This document shows positions 62,610-64,000 of a stretch of 64,000 bases of DNA, one piece after another. The stretch comes from a virus (Duplodnaviria; Caudoviricetes). A program made the translations under genes and the position numbers. The notes under the pieces were generated by a model, which saw only the letters and a program-made list of their open reading frames with translations, did no database searches and was not told the DNA's origin. The stretch covers positions 65,023 to 129,022 of the IMG/VR virus record IMGVR_UViG_3300021426_000071. The stretch is one strand, 5' to 3'. Positions within the stretch are counted from its first letter, which is position 1. Every line of letters begins with the position of its first letter.

Positions 62610-62661
62610 GACGGGCATAGATAGGGTAAATTGCAGAAAGGGAGGTAACGTTTCGCCCGCC
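62610..62661 (-). ncRNA. Hairpin sRNA candidate with an anti-SD loop
   Basis: Stem GGCGGGCG/TGCCCGTC; the 36-nt loop contains ACCTCCCTTTCT. Confidence 0.5.
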
Positions 62662-62682
62662 TCAAATAAATGAAAGACTTAA

Positions 62683-62756
62683 CCTGAGTAGTGCGATTCG
62701 AACGCACGACCTCCTGATCCCAAATCAGGCGCTCTACCAAACTGAGCCATACTCAG
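62683..62756 (-). tRNA. tRNA-Pro(TGG)
   Basis: Full cloverleaf: CTGAGTA/TACTCAG, GCTC/GAGC, CCTGA-TTTGGGA-TCAGG, GTGCG-TTCGAAT-CGCAC; no encoded CCA. Confidence 0.9.
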
Positions 62757-62758
62757 AT

Positions 62759-62822
62759 AGGGACGAGGGGACTTGAATTCGGCTTATAAGGCCGCTGCGC
62801 TAACCTATTGTGCCACATCCCA
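62759..62822 (-). pseudogene. tRNA-Ile(TAT)-like sequence missing the variable loop and 5' T-stem
   Basis: Acceptor GGGATG/CGTCCC, D-arm and CGGC-CTTATAA-GCCG are present, then the sequence jumps to AATTCAAGTCCCCT. Confidence 0.6.
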
Positions 62823-62894
62823 TTGTACGGCGAGGATTCGAACCTCGGACTCCCTCTTTCGCGAGGGCGTTTATCTCCGCTAAACTACCGTACT
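62823..62894 (-). ncRNA. tRNA-like RNA with a non-decoding 6-nt anticodon loop (GCGAAA)
   Basis: All four stems are intact; loop CCCTC-GCGAAA-GAGGG has no U33; A1.A72 mismatch. Confidence 0.7.
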
Positions 62895-62896
62895 AC

Positions 62897-62992
62897 TTGC
62901 CACTATACTCTTCCGCCTGTAATAGGTTGATCAAACCTACCCCATCCTACACTCTTGCTAAGCCGCTCCTCAGCAGTACCATTTAGTGACAA
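62897..62992 (-). ncRNA. Unclassified structured RNA
   Basis: Closing stem TTGTCACTA/TAGTGGCAA; inner hairpins TGCTGAG/CTTAGCA and GTAGGTT/AACCTAT. Confidence 0.5.
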
Positions 62993-62993
62993 A

Positions 62994-63102
62994 AGTCGGA
63001 GACTACTTTCCGCCGCTTCCGCGTCCGGCTTCTTCGGATTACGGTGTCGCATCCGACGAGGATATTTCCTCCCAACGGTTAGGCTTTCACTTATCTCCGA
63101 CT
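62994..63102 (-). ncRNA. Unclassified multibranch structured RNA
   Basis: Closing stem AGTCGGAGA/TCTCCGACT; inner helices GAGGA/TCCTC, GTCG/CGAC, TCCG/CGGA, CCGTT/AGCGG. Confidence 0.55.
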
Positions 63103-63104
63103 AA

Positions 63105-63177
63105 TTGCGGGAGCAGGATTCGAACCTGCGACTTCCAGCTTATGGGGCTGGCTTTCTGACCTCTGAATTATCCCGCT
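63105..63177 (-). tRNA. Atypical tRNA-Met(CAT) with an initiator-like body
   Basis: AGCGGGA/TCCCGCA-A acceptor with a 1:72 mismatch; T-arm GCAGG-TTCGAAT-CCTGC; anticodon arm CCAGC-CCCATAA-GCTGG has C33 and no 3 G-C pairs. Confidence 0.7.
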
Positions 63178-63190
63178 ATGTACTGGCGTA

Positions 63191-63262
63191 GCCCCAGTAG
63201 CAGATTCGAACTGCATCGCCGGACTACAATTCCGGTGCTCTAACCTATTGAGCTAACCGGGG
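63191..63262 (-). tRNA. Atypical tRNA-Thr(TGT)-like RNA with an extended flanking helix
   Basis: Cloverleaf with loop ATTGTAG (A32, G38) and a 3-nt variable loop; the flanks pair (63183-63189 with 63263-63269). Confidence 0.5.
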
Positions 63263-63271
63263 ACGCCAGAA

Positions 63272-63387
63272 CGGGAGCAGAAGGATTCGAACCTTCGTTT
63301 TCTGATTGATGGATATCAGACTGTTGCCAATTGACATACTCTAACAAGCACATCACGCTTGTACCCTTTGTCTACACTTACACTCCC
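63272..63387 (-). ncRNA. tRNA-like RNA with an expanded D region and aberrant anticodon loop
   Basis: Acceptor GGGAGTG/TGCTCCC; T-arm GAAGG-TTCGAAT-CCTTC; TCTGAT/ATCAGA stem with an 8-nt loop; extra hairpin ACAAGCG/TGCTTGT. Confidence 0.5.
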
Positions 63388-63391
63388 ATAT

Positions 63392-63452
63392 GACTGGCGG
63401 GAATCTTGGCGCCTCATCGATTCCACTTTAAGCGCTCATTAGCGCACCAGTC
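63392..63452 (-). ncRNA. Small three-way-junction RNA
   Basis: GACTGGT/GCCAGTC closes GCGCT-AATG-AGCGC and GGAATC/GATTCC. Confidence 0.45.
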
Positions 63453-63504
63453 TATGCATGTTACTCATCCGCAGAACAACCACCACTCGCGTTCTGCCAT
63501 GCGC

Positions 63505-63605
63505 TTATGTGGGCAAGGACTTGCACCTTACATGGCTTGCTACCCATATTAGTTCGTTCACAGCCTCACTTCTCGTATTAGCGTCTACTGTTCCGCCACC
63601 ACATA
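63505..63605 (-). ncRNA. Leu/Tyr-type tRNA-like RNA with a replaced anticodon arm and TGCAAGT T-loop
   Basis: TATGTGG/CCACATA acceptor; GCG-GAACAGTAGA-CGC D-arm; GTAAGG-TGCAAGT-CCTTGC T-arm; ~48-nt non-anticodon insert. Confidence 0.6.
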
Positions 63606-63658
63606 ACGTAGTCTTTCCCACTGTCAGACAAATTCCTCCATTCTTGCACTGAATGGAA

Positions 63659-63719
63659 TTGGGACGATTGGATTTGAACCAATGACACAATTTCCTCTAG
63701 CCAACTGAGTTACGTCCCG
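63659..63719 (-). ncRNA. Second tRNA-like RNA lacking the anticodon arm (61 nt)
   Basis: CGGGACG-TA-ACTC AGTTGGCTA GAGG-AAATTGTGTC-ATTGG TTCAAAT CCAAT-CGTCCCA-A. Confidence 0.75.
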
Positions 63720-63738
63720 ATATGCACCGTATCCCCAA

Positions 63739-63894
63739 AGGTGCGCCCTACTTCCGTATTGCCAGACCGCTGCGTTTTCGGATTTCTCACTCGACTGGCT
63801 TTCTGGATGCCAACAGGAGGAGGATTCGTTTGTTTCCGCTATGCACCTTCCACAGATACGTCTGCTCGGAATTATTGGAAGTTACGGCGCACCT
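63739..63894 (-). ncRNA. ~156-nt structured RNA with an internal TCCTCCTCCT anti-SD tract
   Basis: Closing helices AGGTGCGCC/GGCGCACCT and ACTTCC/GGAAGT. Confidence 0.5.
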
Positions 63895-63970
63895 CATACG
63901 CCGATGCGATTAACGGAGATTCAGGATAACTGCAAACCTCTCTGGTTTAGCGTGGGAAGATACCACGGCA

Positions 63971-64000
63971 TCGGAACGGCGGGACTCGAACCTACACATC
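63971..64000 (-). tRNA. 3' end of a tRNA or tRNA-like gene cut by the window edge
   Basis: GTAGG-TTCGAGT-CCCGC T-arm followed by CGTTCCG-A. Confidence 0.55.

Noticed and set aside
63458-63929. Short ORFs (61-64 aa) on both strands in the RNA array
   Set aside because: They overlap tRNA-like structures, lack convincing start signals and have non-protein-like composition.
62549-64000. Theta (HDV-like) or hammerhead ribozymes at tRNA 3' ends; CRISPR mini-array
   Set aside because: I could not find the nested double pseudoknot, the CUGAUGA/GAAA core or regularly spaced direct repeats by eye; a motif search would be needed to exclude them fully.
1-64000. Stop-codon reassignment
   Set aside because: Coding density is high under the standard code, genes end in TAA, TGA or TAG, no suppressor tRNA was seen, and the two gene breaks are explained by introns.

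Overview
This window is part of a large temperate siphovirus-type phage genome. The host is probably a Firmicute/Clostridium: the genes have strong GGAGG ribosome-binding sites, and the module order resembles SPbeta-like phages. Positions 1-57.5 kb (+ strand) hold the virion and lysis genes: portal, protease/scaffold, an inserted GT8 glycosyltransferase, decoration protein, major capsid, neck and tail genes, a RuvC-like resolvase and a tyrosine recombinase. They continue with a ~4,620-aa tape measure protein, Dit, a hub protein, several large fibre/adhesin proteins, holins and a CHAP endolysin. Two group I introns split the tail tube gene (9883-10202, no ORF) and the tape measure gene (19806-21112, carrying a Zn-ribbon/Vsr-like homing endonuclease). 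Positions 57.5-64 kb (- strand) hold an integrase, an intact attP (3' half of tRNA-Cys), an excisionase, small genes, an RNA ligase and an HPr-like protein. The window ends in a dense ~1.45-kb RNA array. Only one tRNA in the array is fully canonical (Pro-TGG). The rest are tRNA mimics with a deleted, replaced or distorted anticodon arm, interleaved with non-tRNA structured RNAs, two of which display anti-Shine-Dalgarno sequences. The best candidates for undescribed biology are: (1) this tRNA-mimic/sRNA array; (2) a shared GGTGATGACCT motif placing non-AUG start codons (ATC, ACG) on two receptor-binding genes; (3) a JAB/MPN-like motif inside the tape measure protein; (4) a stop-codon-coupled terminator/antiterminator switch at 11193-11257. 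All product calls come from motifs and gene order read by eye; no database searches were run.
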